64,000 nt of DNA from the human T2T-CHM13v2.0 reference genome, Homo sapiens. The notes beneath the pieces are model-generated. The model searched no databases. It was not told where the DNA came from and saw only the letters and a list, made by a program, of their open reading frames with translations. Every line of letters begins with the position of its first letter. Within the stretch, counting starts at the first letter, position 1. A program made the translations under genes and the position numbers. Shown one piece after another: positions 14,001 to 28,322 of the stretch. The stretch is from assembly GCF_009914755.1 (NCBI RefSeq), contig NC_060945.1. One strand, given 5' to 3'.

Positions 14001-16710
14001 TGCTTAGGGGCAATTCCACTATGTAAATTAGTTTAAAAACTAATCATAAACTTAGCCCAAGGAATTTTACATCATGGAATACCCTACAAATAGACGTAAT
14101 ATTTCAAGCCTAGTATCAATGTTCTACTGAATCCTCTTGCAATGGACACAGTAAATCGTCCATTACAAAGAACTTGGAATTATTCATATCTGAGTAGGCC
14201 TATAACACGCTCAATCATCATAATTAACTTTCCTTCTTCATGTTATAAAAATTCTCTTAATTGGTATAAAAATTCTCTCATTTCCTCAATTGAGTTATGA
14301 TGTTTCACTTTAGGGTTTGTGAAGTGATCACAGCTATACCTTTTCTAAGTTATGAACCTAAAACTAATAAAACCATATGGGATTCTGTCAGTTATTTTTC
14401 ATTTTCTGTTCCAACATCTTAGCCTACTTGAAGGACTTTGCTAAATATTAGATTTCTTAATCTTATCTTAAAATACTATGCTTTTATTTTGGAGAAGCTT
14501 CAATCTCTAACAAATAATCTGATAAACTCTTTAATATATTTCATAATTTTACCAATTACTAAGCCAGAATTTAGATGGCCCATTTGAAAGAGAATGTTTC
14601 CTTACTAAGCAAATCTTTACACTTACACCTCTATCTACTCACCATATCCTTCATTTAACCCCCCAATTGCTTCCTGTTTGTTCCCTTTGTTTTATTTCCG
14701 TTTTTCACCAAATATAGTTTGAGGAAAATTTTCTCAGACTCTATGGTGAATTTTTACCTCTACAGAAAGCTGAACTAAAAAGACTGCAAATACTTCCTCA
14801 TAAAGAACCAGTCACACTACTTGCAGGGTGTGCCTCAACCAGCAATGAATGACCCCACCTTCTGAGACAGCCTGACAGCCCTAAGGTTGTAGGCTAAATC
14901 CTAATGGGGTACAGTGTTTATATAGCAGACCTATCAAAGACTAAGATTCCTCTTCCAGAATGCCACAAAATGGGTTTTCTATGAGAACTTCACTTTCAGG
15001 TTATTACATTATCTAATTAATTGTTTTAAAAAATTGTAGTCACTTGCAATATTTTAAAGTTATTTCTTTTCAGATTATAAAGGCAAAATAAATTTAACAG
15101 AATTACATATTTTTTCTACAGAATCTTTTTATGTTTTCATTTCACTTTACTAAGTCTCATGAAGCCTGTGTGCTAATTTTGACAACAGTTTCTATCCAGA
15201 TCTTATCAGACAAGATAACTCAGACAGTGGTCAAGGGATTCCCTAACTCTTATTACAGTGGAGTTTCTAGTGCTTCTCTAATATGTGTATGTACTTCCTC
15301 CAAAATTCTGCTTCCCTAACAGGTTCGTTTTTATTCTGTATGGCCAACCTAAGGATGTAGAAAAGCCAGAATTATATTTAAGACTTTCCCAACTGTCAGT
15401 TTTGTACCCAAACAAACTAGTCATTGCTGTCCCTCAGAAGGAAAGCTGCCTCTCACATATAAAGAACCTTCCTCTTGGAAGATTCTGTATCTTAAAAGGT
15501 TGTTTTGAAATGTTGATGTACCATATAAGTAAAAAAATTCTCCAGGCAGATTAAATGCATATATAAATTTATAATAGCCCACTGACTCCAGTTGGCAGAA
15601 TTATAGCTTTAGGATAAGTGGCAAAACACTTTCCAAAGAAGTTTGGAGACTCTTTTTTGTCTTTCTGCCAAGTCCTCCCCACCGAATCTCACACACTGAC
15701 TAATGCATATGCTTGTTGGTGTAAGATTCCAGGGAATGGTCTTTACTGAGGCTGGTAGGTGAGAATACTTTCAGTCAAGACCTATGTGAATTCTTGACTT
15801 GGGCAGGTTTTGGCTTCCACTATATTTGTAAAGGCTTTCCTGTTGTATACATACCAACATCAGCAAAATGGGTGTTCTTCCGCTTCTAATTCCCATTCAG
15901 TCATCTCAAATATGAAGTATGTTTTACAATTTTAAAATGTTAATTGTGAAACATTTTGCAAAATACATATTGTTTAAAGATAAGAAAAATAGAAGTAAAT
16001 TTCCCGCTTAGTTGTTTTTAATCATTTCTACTCATTACTCTAAAGAGTATTTTTACGCCTTGTCCTTTTTTATTTATCCATTAATGTTGGAAAGTATCTA
16101 CTTGCTCCCTACTCTATAAATGAAAAATTAAAATTCTAAAATTTCCTTTAACTATTCTTACTGACCTCTCACTTCTATCAGACAAAAACTTGCGCTTTTA
16201 TGTTATCAGTGTTCACTGTAAGTAATTGTTATTATTCACTGTTGCTAAATATTCCATTATAAAAATATATTATAATGTATTGATTTATTCTCCTGCATAT
16301 GATGAATAATTGGGTTGCTTCCGGTTTGAAGATATTATAAAGTTACTATAAAAATTTTATGTACTTTTTTTTGTTGCCATAAGCACTCATTCCTATTACA
16401 TATCTAACTCAGAGCAGAATTGGTTGTGTATATATTCAGCTTTTGTCAATACTGCAAAACACTTTTCCAGCAAAGTGATTATTGAGTTATGGAGTGTTAA
16501 TTTGTATAATTTTTGAGAAATCTGTTTAATTCATATTCTCACTAACACTTGGCATTTTTAACCTTTAAAATTGTAGTCATTCTTCTTTATAGTGTCCTTT
16601 TTTAAAAAAAATTAATTTTGGGCTGATGACTAATGATTCCAACCACATTTTCTTATGGCTACTGGCCCTTTGGCTATCCTATTCGGTTAAGTGACTGTTA
16701 AAGCATCTGG

Positions 16711-17008
16711 TTTATTTTTATTTTTTAGATACTATCTTGCTCTGTCACTCAGGCTGTAGTGCAGTAGCACTATCATGGTTCACTGCAGCCTCAAGCTCTA
16801 GGCTTAAGCAATCCTCCCACCTCAGCCTCCCACATAGTTGGGACGATAGGCGTGCACCACCACACCCAGCTGATTTTTAAATTTTTTAAAGAGATGGGAG
16901 TCTCACTATGCTGCTCCAGCTTGTCTCAAACTCCTGGGCTCCAGCAGTCCTTCCACCGTGACCTCCCAAGGTGCTGGGATTATAGGCATGAGCCTCTACA
17001 CCCAGCCC
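16711..17008 (-). mobile_element. AluJ
   Basis: Antisense Alu with cactgcagcctcaa..aagcaatcctcccacctcagcc. Confidence 0.9.
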
Positions 17009-17510
17009 ATTTTTAAAATTATTCCTTTTCTCATTGATTCATTGGAATTTTTTATACAACTAGTCTGACTATTCACACTATTAAAGCTATCTTTTAGTAA
17101 ACAGAAGTAGCTAATTTAAATTATCTTGTTTATTAATCTTTTCTTTTATACTTAACAATTTAGAAATCCTCCTACCCTAATATTGTGAAGGCACTTTCCT
17201 AAGATTTCTTCTAGAGAAGTATTGTTCTTTGGACTTCTACATGTATGTCTAAGATCCACTGCAAATTCAGTTTTGTAAGCGGTGTAAGTTAAGGTACAGA
17301 TTAATTTATTTTTCAAACAGATATCCAATTGATGCAACCATTTAGCAAAGCCACCATTTTTTCCACACTGCGGTGCTGTGACATCCTTGTGATAAATCAG
17401 GTGATTATATGTGTAGGTTAGCTTCTGAATATCTTATTCCGTTCTATTGGCCTATTTCTTTACTTTTACATGAACACGGCACTGTTTTAATTACTGCACG
17501 TTTATAATAA

Positions 17511-17889
<379 letters not shown>

Positions 17890-20239
17890 TCCATACATGT
17901 TTTAGAATTAGCATGCCAATCACCTCTCCCCAATTTAAAAAAGGAAAAAGAAAAATAGCTTTCTGTTATATTGATTGAGAGAACATTGAATCTATGGATC
18001 AATTTGAGGAGAATTTTCATTTTTATGATATTAAGACTTCCAATGCAAGAAAGTATATCCCTTCATTTATTTAGATTTAAAAAATTTTTCTCAGAAGTTT
18101 ACTTGTGCACAACGTAGAGGAGTTGGGTGTCTCTCATAATTATTATTTTGGTATTTGAGGTTTTGATGTGTGCTCTTGTAAATAGTATTTATTGATTTCT
18201 TTCTTAACATGTGCTGCTAATTTATAGAAATGTAAATTTTTATATGTTGATTTATTATTTTGCATGTACATATGCCTTTTTTTTCAGTGAAAAGTTCTAA
18301 TTAACTTTAAGCAATTCATTTCCTTTTAGAGTGTTTGCTTGTTTGTTTGTTTTGTTTAAGAAATTTAGTTAGGTGTGTTAGTTCTGTGATTCAGTAGACT
18401 TTTGCCTAATGAGATTATTCCTTTACCTTTCTACCAATAGAAGCAAGAAATAGCAAAAGAAACGCAGATGAGGAGGCACTACAAGATCCCTACCATAGAT
18501 ACCACTAGTTGCCAGCCAGTAACTTTTTCCTAAGTATCGGGTAGACATGTAGCTTACAACTCTCGAATAAAATTGAAATTATAGAGTTTTTAATTCATGG
18601 ACGGTATTACAGAATACATACGCTGCTTTAACGCAATTAAGTTCCTGAGATTTGAAAAGGACAAGTACAACTGCAAGGTCTAACTCACATCCCAAGTAGC
18701 TAATTTATTCATCTAGTTGAATCTGGCTCTTCGAGTTTCATAGTAAGCAGAACTTTGCCACTGAACTCACTTCTAAGCTTTAGCAGATTTGTTTTATTGG
18801 GAAAATGAGCTATTTATATTTTAATAGTATTTTATGTCTTTTAATTTTTTTTCTGCCTAACCAACTGGAATAAATGTCTCTCAAGATAACCAATGAAATT
18901 TCAAAGCAAAACCATTTATCTTAGTTCCGTGGAAATTTAACTTGACAAAAATTATCCCTAAAATGTTATTGAACTCCTTCCAGGGCCAATAGAAGCAGAG
19001 ACTCCTTCTTTTGCCTCGGCTTCCAGGATTCCGGTATGAAACCGCTGCCATTTGCACTGCACACTAATGACAAGCTGGATGTTTGCATGAAAGCCAATAT
19101 GTTCCTACACTGCTTTTTGAGACAAGTAATAATCAGTCTGTCATCAATGTCATGCTGCAATCAGGCTTTGACAAGGTTTGCAAATAACTTGAAAGGAATT
19201 GCTCATCCCTGAACACTACAGATCAAAACCAGACCTGAACAAAAACTAGAAGTCTGCTGAGTGTCAGCTGCAGAGTCTTAGGAAACGTGCTGTGAATAAG
19301 CAGAAGCAACAGCAGAGGGAACAACCAAGCCTTAGCCACCCGCAACCCATGTTTATAATTAAAAAAAAATTTTTTTTTTGAATATAGCTTTTTTCAGTGA
19401 CTAACCCTGAGAACTCGCTAGTCAAAATGACAATGTAGCCACCAGAAACACCCAGCCTGGTTAGAAGTACCACCTGTATTATTCTTGAAGATGACTGGAA
19501 AAGCAAATAGCATGCCCATCTTCGTGTGGTTTGTTCTCTCATCTCATAGACTGCAGCAGGCAGGATTTTGGGTCAAACCCAGCACTCCCATCAGTGAAGA
19601 GATTGTGTGCACAAAGATTGAATCACCAATTGCTTTCTTTTTCTCTCCTCCCTTCCTAAATTCTTCCCATTTCATTGAGGGAATGAAGTATGTATTGTTT
19701 GTTCACTGCTGTTCCTGATGTATGTTAATCTGCAGGCCTATCCAGTACTAAGAAACAAGTTAAATTTATATATAAAAGTTTTGAGAGCAAGATCCTTTGG
19801 AAGAAAATATTAAAGATTTTTTTTTAAGTATCAGCTGGTCACAGTTCTGCTCAGAGCTTCAAATCTTGTTTGTACTTCATGTTTGTATATATAGCGGGAC
19901 AATCATGGTACGTATGTACTTAAGCATTCATGAATTATGCCTAATACATGAGTACAGACTTGAGATGTGAGTTCTTGTTGATTTTATTGTAGCCCACAAT
20001 AAGAAGTTATTTCAGAGTTATCTTGGTGATCTTTAAAAGGAACTCTGAAAATCAGGTGCTATTGACACTCAAAGTAAAGATAGCAGTGAAAGAAAAGAAA
20101 ATCAGAATGAAGTTAAGTGAAAGTCCACATTCCAAAAAGAAAAAAACTATAGACACATTTAAAATCCCATATCATGTGATTACAATCTTTTGAGATTGTA
20201 GGCCATATAGTCCTAAAATAAATGTCCAATAAAGTATCC

Positions 20240-20400
20240 ATTTTATAAATATATGCTGAGCACCATAATATTGGCTCAGCACTATGTTAGCTATTATGAG
20301 AGATAAGAATGTTGTGTAAAAATTCCTGTTTTTCAAGGAGTTTGTGATCTGGTTAGGGAGAAGATATTAATGCACATGAACAAGTATCAGTAGCTTTTGG
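20240..20400 (-). mobile_element. L2 3' fragment
   Basis: atatgctgagcacc...tcaaggagtttgtgatctggttagggag. Confidence 0.55.
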
Positions 20401-21951
20401 AAAGTTCATAATGTAAGCACTGAAATATGAGACAAGAAACACTCTTGAACTATACTGAGGACTTGTAACAAATGTCTATAAGTATATCGTTAAGCCACAT
20501 TTGATTATCCTCTAACTTTTCCTGTCTTCTGAGCTTACTTATCCTGTACCATTTCACAAATACCTAAGTCTCACCCCCATAAGAACAGAAATCCAGACCC
20601 CATTTCTGCTGTTTCTGAGGTCCCACAGTGAGTGTGTATTGTAGGGGTGGCAGTCATTTGTCATTTCTCAATTTTGTCTCTAGAGCTAGGATTCTTCAGC
20701 ATTGTCTCAGTCCATTCCATCATTGGTTCTCTTTGCTGAGCCTGTTCTGTCTAGTCAATTGCCCCTCCAAGACATGGATATGTATCCACACATTGGCTTC
20801 CTTACAGCAGCTTACTTGATACCACATTGGTTTAACAAACTAACTTGAAGTTCTAAGGATTGCATTAAAAAATTACAATGCAGGGGGAAAGAACCTTAAA
20901 ATTGATTATAAAGTAGCATGTCTCCTGGAGTGTATCAGCTATGCCTGTCCTTTTTTTATTCTAAGGCCCTTTTCTCTTCCCCTGAAATCTGAGACCCTTC
21001 TGTCCCAAACTACCTAACTTTCCAGCCTCTTTTCTCTGGTTTCCTTAGTGCAAATCCCGAAATCAGTTACAACGTGACAACGTTTCAAGTTTGTGGTTCT
21101 GCTCAGAATAAAACCAGACTTTTACATAATTGGCAGAGCTCTCTATACTCTCAACTCAAATACATGCTATAGGGTAAGCTCTGGGCCTTATTTAAATTAA
21201 ATATGTTAAAATGAGGGGGAAAAAAACCCTAAACAAGATTTGTTGAATTCTGCTTAAAAATGTAGTAATATTTATGCATTTTGTGAAATTAGTCACTCAA
21301 ATACACCACAAATCTACTTAGCAATTTTAACAATTACTATGTATCTTTAATTGCTGAAAGAATTTACACAGGGGATGATACTCTCTGTAGAAAGAAGAAG
21401 TTTTAAATTACTATTCATTTTATGATTGAAGCCCAATGTCTTAATTGATAGATAACAAGTTTTTTCAATAATTTACCTTCCTGAAAACCATACATTCTCA
21501 TTCAGTGACAAAGCTCAGTGTAGCAAATTTGTGTACCATTTAACAGAAAAGTTTTGTAGTGCTCTAGGTATAATATGGAAGCCCATAAATAAATGTATTT
21601 ATTCTTTCCCTGCTTCCTAGACACATTTTTGCTTCTCTTTCCATGACAGTACTGAAAAACTTTCAGTTAACCAATAATTTCCATTAGAAAATCATCTTCC
21701 TCATGGAAAACTAAAATATGGTTATAATTTAGATATCTTAGAGAAGTCACAAGGATATCATATTCTAAAATATTAGGTATGAGTCTCTTTAATATTGTGC
21801 TTCTCAATTCCATTTCAAATAGCTTACCAAGCTTTCAAAAAAATCTTGAAGAATAGCCAAATGTTTTAGGAGACTCAGAAGTAATTGAGCTCAGAATCAA
21901 GGACAGAGTTCTGTGGCATACACTGGAGATCTCCTGGTGGACTCACTGCCT

Positions 21952-22200
21952 AAGTCATTTGTTCAAAAAATATTTGCTGAATGCCTACTACGGACACTGC
22001 TGTGCTGGGAGCTGGTGAATCAGCGATGAACTATGGGAGCTGGTGAGTCAGTGATGAACCGGACAGCCAAGTACTGACCTTTAAGAATCCTATGCAGTAA
22101 CAGAAGAGAAAAATGATGACCAAGGACACAAGAAAAAAATAATAATTGAACATTGTATTGAATGCAAGGAAGGAGATATCCACAAAGTTATGCTGCAGCA
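21952..22200 (-). mobile_element. L2 3' fragment with an internal 28-bp-period tandem duplication
   Basis: tcatttgttcaaaaaatatttgctgaatgcctacta...; tgggagctggtgaRtcagYgatgaac occurs twice. Confidence 0.7.
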
Positions 22201-22214
22201 GAAATAAATGTAAA

Positions 22215-22880
22215 TGTCCTTAAACATATTTTTTAAAGTTTCAACTTCAAAAATAGAAAAAAATTAATTGAAACTACAGTGACAAAATTTTTCGCCTATC
22301 TGATAAAAATTGAAAAGTTTGATAGCACATTCTGTAAGTAAGAATGAAGGAAAAGGGCATTCTGATTGTAAATATAAATGAGTTTATCCTGTGTGGAAGG
22401 CAATTTAATAGTATCTATCAATATATAAAAATATACAACTTTTGTCCCTTAATTAGAAATAGGAATATGACCTATTAAATTTGTTCTTATTTGTACAAAA
22501 GAGTGTCATGTACAGGATTATTCACTGCAATTGTGTTTTTAGTGAGAGAATATTGGAAAAATATCTAAACATGCATCAATAAATGGTCACTTTCTTACAT
22601 TATACGACAAAGATAAAATAAAATGCAATGTAGCCACAACGCAGAATGTGAACATAGCTTTTTGCTCATTTGTTTGTTTGCTGATATGGGCCCATCTACA
22701 AGATAGTGTTGAGGAAAAAAATTAAGCTTCCGTATTTGTATAAGATGTTAAAAAGAATGTGAGCACTTATATGTGTATATGCTTAAAATATCTCTGAAAG
22801 TGGAGTGAGTTTTTTCAATGTACATATTTCCTTTTGTTCCTTTTAAATTTTGAATTATGTGAATATATTCTCTTTAAATC
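22215..22880 (+). mobile_element. L1ME-type LINE 3' end
   Basis: ggaaggcaatttaatagtatctatc; ggattattcactgcaattgt; catcaataaatgg. Confidence 0.65.
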
Positions 22881-23809
22881 ATTTAAATATTTTGGTAAAG
22901 ATAAAAATTTCCAGTAGTATCTATTATGGGATTCTCATTACCATCTCTATAAGCTGTAGGGTTTGAGAGCAAAGTTTTTGAAAAATTTATTATGTCAGAT
23001 TCAACTGAAGTAATATGTATCAGAAGCTACTGGGTTCAAGCCACTGTGCTTTTGAGAAATAAAATTAAAATAAAGACCTTGTACCCAGAAAATGCAGTTT
23101 AATGGATGTATCTATTTTTATAGAAAACATAAATTGTGATAAAATAATTAGTAGGAGAACAAAGACTTAAGTTTTCCTATACCTTTCAAAACTTTTCCAG
23201 AGTAAGCACCAAGTACTGGATTTAAATAATTACTAAAAGTTTCTAGCATCTTATTTGTAAAACTCAATTTATTTTATGTAAATCCCCAAAGGATTGTTTG
23301 GCATATCCTTTGAATATTATTGACATATATGTGATGAACACTACTTATTAAAAGATTATGGAAAAGGTGTTCTAAAAGAATCTGCATTAGACATCTATTT
23401 AATTAAATTTATTGTTAAGATTATCCAAAAAAGTCAGAAATCTGATGTGTTCTTTGGAAATCACATAGACTAGACTCTAAAAAACCATGCTAGCAAAAAA
23501 ATGCACTATGTTAAAATGTCTGGATCTGTCCTGTTTATTTTCTATTATCTGCCATTTCATTTCCTACCTATAATTTTATTAAATGGCTTTGAAACTACAA
23601 TGATGCATGCAAACTGCACATTTTTTGTTATTGCTGTTTAAATATGCACAAGCCTGGAATTGATGGAGAATTTATTATATCCCCCAAAATGAGAGGAAAT
23701 AAAACAGACATGAATATTCAAAACAGAACTACAAGGTTAGAAGTCTGAATGTCATAATATAATAGCAACAATAAGTGATCACACAAGTCATTCATGTTCC
23801 TTTTCTTTT

Positions 23810-23983
23810 TAGGAGTGGATCCAGAATTTGTGGAATTTAAAGCTTACATAATGGTGAGAGGGGGGAGTAAGGATTAAAAAAAAAATTTACAAATGCAAAT
23901 TTAGTTACAGGGCCTTAGAAAGAGCCCTTACAAGAGAGGATCCTTGAAGATGAAACTTATTTGCTTCACAGAAATTTACTTTG
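23810..23983 (-). mobile_element. MER53 hAT MITE
   Basis: ggagtggatccagaatttgtgg..aagcttacataat and cagggccttagaaagagccc..gcttcacag match the two MER53 ends. Confidence 0.75.
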
Positions 23984-24599
23984 CTTCTCTTAGCAAACAA
24001 ATTTCCTTAAACTTCATTCTCTGGTTTAGTATGAATATTTATTTGGGATGGTGGCAGATGTGCATATCAATAAGTCATAAGTAATCAAAATAAGTTTTCC
24101 ATATCACTATCTAGATGACATTCCCATTTATTAGGTTTTCCTCATTTGAGAAAGAAAAATTAAATCTGCCATATCAGATTCAATAGAACAGACCAAAAAT
24201 TTCCTCTCACAGAACATAGCATCTTGCAATGCAATTTACATACTGTTCTTTTAGCTTACTTGTGGAAAATTCAACAATGATTTTTTTTATTTCTCAAAAG
24301 CTGTCTGCAATTGCAGCTCTGACATTTAATTCTCTCACCATTGAGTATTTATTAGTATGATAGCATGCAGCTCTTTCCCTTCTGCGGGATCCCTCTCTAT
24401 TCAGTCTTGACTGCAGATATATGCAGAATTTCCCTTGAGGTAAGAAAAAGGCAGACATGTCTAAGTTTTCTCCTTTTCATTATGCCAGGGGGAAACCAGT
24501 TTCTGTTAATTCTGGTAACCATGTTATCTAACTCTCAAAACAGGAAAAATGATGGGGAAGAGCGGAGGCAGAAGTTCTGAGAAGCATCCCCTGGTTATT

Positions 24600-24613
24600 G
24601 TTGCCAGGGCAAC
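24600..24613. promoter_or_regulatory. RFX X-box
   Basis: GTTGCCAGGGCAAC, 13/14 match to the palindrome GTTGCCATGGCAAC, in unique DNA. Confidence 0.5.
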
Positions 24614-25282
24614 TGAAACTTGGCATCCTCCAAATAGTCATCGTCTGTCACACTAGGGGTATAATTCACAGGCATGCAACACTTTTCAGTGGATCTTTAA
24701 AAAAATAGTGGGGGAGGGGTGAGGAATAAATGAGAATTTTAAATAGGCAAGTAGACAAAATGCATGCCTAATATTTAGAGAGATAATAGGCATAAGAGAA
24801 ATACACTTTTGAAAAATGTAAGTGTCACTGTTATATATTACTCTGTTTCTTATTGCACAAATTAGCCACTATGCAATCTCAATAATTGTCTACCCATCTG
24901 GCTTCTTTTACGAGAACCCCTTCTTCCTCCAAATAATAGTCTTCTGTAGTATGACTTCAGACTAAACATATGCAGAGATTTAGATGTCATTTTCTTTTTC
25001 ACAGTCCTTAAGAAAGCCAAGAATATTTTCATACTTTTCATTGTTTACCAGAATGTCTGACGTAGAGGCCAGCCTGGTCTTGCTATAAGAGAAGACAAAG
25101 TATTTATTACTCCACTATTCATTGAGAAAAACAGCCTTGAGCCTTGAAATGCCCTTGGCTAAATCTAAATTGTACAATTCATTTTTCTTATGTTTGCATT
25201 TCTTAGAGCCAAGGTGTCTGCTTAATCTTTCTAATCACCAACTGGCTTTCTTGACATTATAGAAAATGTATTTTCTACATTT

Positions 25283-25305
25283 AAAAAAAAAAAAAAAAAA
25301 AAAAA
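25283..25305 (+). repeat. Poly(A)23
   Basis: Direct count. Confidence 0.95.
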
Positions 25306-25899
25306 GAAGAGGTACCACTCCTCAAATCATATAGCAGAAAGGAAGCCTTAAAAATACCTGTCATCAAAGTCACATAAAACCCTGACAGCTTCAACCTCCT
25401 TTTAGTATTTGCCAGTGTCAGCCTCATAAAAATGTGAAGGAAACCCATATTAATGTATCACGTTTACAAAATGGGCTTAATGGCCAATGCATTTTTGGAA
25501 GTAAATGGAAGAAGGAGAAAGAATATTAACCAAATTGCACTGGATGAGCACGAAAAAATCATAATGGATTAAAGAAGGAATAAAAATCAGAAATGTAACT
25601 TCTGGCAATGACTTTACTAAAAGGTTTCCTTTCCTCTTAGTATTGCTAAAGTCCTCTCATGAAAGCCAAATATATACTTTCATATAACCAAGATAATGAA
25701 ACTAGGCACCAAAGCAAATAAAAAATACTTCCTTAATTACTGGGCTTAACATTTCACATTGGCTCAGCCAAATCACCCTGGCTTTGGTACTATTTTACAT
25801 ACTGTTTTTAATGTAATCACCCACATTTCGTGAACCAATACACCCACTACTTGGAACTCCAAAGAAGGAATAATCACATAATGGTATCCATAATAAAAA

Positions 25900-26115
25900 T
25901 AATGGCTCATTTTTGCTAAGCATTTATTATAAGCCAGCCACTATCATATATACTTTACAGAGATTACCTCATTTAATGCTCACATTATGAGACTCTGAAT
26001 TAAATTATTCTCATTGTACAGATTAAGGAATTAAGGCACAAAGAAGCTATGTAGGCTCAAGTTTGCATAGCAAGAAGATGGCGGTACCAGGATAGAAGAT
26101 CCGTTTTTTACATTA
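25900..26115 (-). mobile_element. MIR SINE
   Basis: attacctcatttaatgctcac...cattgtacagattaaggaattaaggcacaaagaag. Confidence 0.75.
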
Positions 26116-26851
26116 GTGTCCCTTGCTGTGGCAATTTGGTTGGATGCCCGCTCTCCACTTGGGCCTGTGTTCTCCTCTTACCCAGAGTATTTCTGTGAGT
26201 TTGGGCTGCAACTTTTCTACCTAATCCTTACTTTTTATGTGGCAGATGCTTCTGGTTACCTTCTTTCTGGATCTCTTGTTCTCATCCAGATCCCTTTTTA
26301 TATTTATGTTTGCATTAAACTCTAATATTGTAGCTTGAAGCAACCAAGAGACTCATCTGTGTATCCTAAGTTTTATTTCTTCTCTTGACATTCTCTGATG
26401 GTATCATCGTGCCTAGGTAGATATCTAATCCTGAGCAATATCTTCTACTACTTCCCACCTTGCTTTTTTGGTTTATGTACCTTGGATATGGGACCATTTG
26501 AATTTGCATGTACTATGGTTTGCACCTAGGGAATTGGTACCTAAAAAAAATCTCACTGCCCCCCATCCCACATACAGACTCACAAATGGATACTCTGCCT
26601 CTCAATGATTTTTATCCATGCAGAATAAAATTGTGCAGAATAACCTGACATGTACCATGCTAGTAAACATAAACTTCCTGAGAGAATAAATTCTGAGCAT
26701 CTTGACAGCAAAGACGGAATGTTGCTCATTTTTATACTTGCATCTCAAGTAAATAACTAGTGCTGTTCATTATATACAGATCTCAATAACCAATTAGAAA
26801 TTAAATGAGATCATATGCCGAGAAACTAGCATTATAATTTGCATTAATGAG

Positions 26852-27260
26852 TATACTAGTCAGGCTATGCTAGGCTGTACTGCACTAACAAGCACACCCA
26901 AATCTCAGCAGCTTTTCAAAACACAAGTTTATTTTTCATTCTCCTTGTCTGTGCCTTGAAGGTTAGCATGCAGACTCTGCTTATCATAGTCATTCATGCT
27001 CCAGGTGATTAAATCTCCATCTCAACACATGTTCTCATGTGGCTGAGACCAAAACAAAACAAAAAAAAGAAATAAAACAAATATCTTGTTTAACTTTCTG
27101 TCCAGAAATGACCGATATTATCTTCATTCACCTATTATTGGGCAAAGTAAAACAATATGGCCATTCCTAACTACTAAAAGGGCAGGTACATGCAATCTTT
27201 CTGTTGACTGGGAAGAAGAAATGAACAAGAATATCTGGGAACAGCCCAAATGACTATGGT
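26852..27260 (-). mobile_element. MLT1 (J/K/L-type) MaLR LTR
   Basis: tagtcaggctatgctaggctgtactgcactaacaagcacacccaaatctcag...aagtttattttt. Confidence 0.7.
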
Positions 27261-28322
27261 AAGGAACATGCCGTTTATGCCTTTTCTCCAGAGTAATTCC
27301 TTATATTAGTGCATATGTGCTCAGTTTATCATCTTAGCCCAGAAATTGTGTGGCAAGCAGTAAGGAGAGAAAAGGCAGTAATAGGGGGGCAGATATCAAG
27401 GATATATCAAGTTCAAGCAGAGTGGCACCGTCATAGAGGAGGAGAGGAGAGAGAGGACCACAAAAAGCAGTCAACCCCAGTCAGTTTTATTCAGGGGGAA
27501 AGAACCTAGACTCTGTGGCAATAATTTTAAGGAAAGTAGGATATTGGTCACACTTCATTGCATAAAATGTGGAAAGATGTTATCAGTGTATCCAGGAAGT
27601 AATGTGCCCTACCCAATACATCCCAGAGAGAAACAAGAATACATTGTCTAATTTCCATTTCCTTTTTGACACATCTGTGAACTTTATGAGGTCAAGTGCC
27701 CTGTTTGTGTCTAACCTAAAACCTCTTGATGTGTGTATGTCAAAAAAGGCCAACAGTGTACCTGCAAAAATAATAATCTTGTGTATGAATTATATGTTCT
27801 GGATGAATCCAAACAAAAAATTTCACTCATAAAACCTCCCAGTAATGAATACAAGCTGTACTGACTTAAACAAAGTGTGGATAGGATGCAGTATGTTCAA
27901 ATTTAACAGTAGGAAAATCACTTAACTGAAGATCACATTCCTACCTAGTGCCATGATTCATTCACACATGGTGTGGAGAGTCACTGGTTCCAAGATGATC
28001 TTCCCGAACAGTGAGCGTATTACAAGAATTACAAAGGGTAGGAGATAGGTCCTTCTTTCCTCTATTAGTACTATCTTTAAAAAGTAATTACAAAGCATTG
28101 CAGATATTCTAGAATGGGGAAAAAAGTAAGTCTATGCTTACTTTTATACAGTCATTCTTAGTTACTTGATTTTTCTATAGAATGAAATCTTTTCTGTTTT
28201 CCTTGTAGCTTCATATATAATTTCTGAGATAGATAATGGGAAATTTAAATACTCTAGTAATTATCTCCACATATCACAACTTCTGCCAAAAGGATTACCA
28301 CATCCTTTATCCTGCCTTACAG

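Noticed and set aside
25283-25305. Poly(A)23 as a retrocopy tail
   Set aside because: No TSD and no upstream element or poly(A) signal found.
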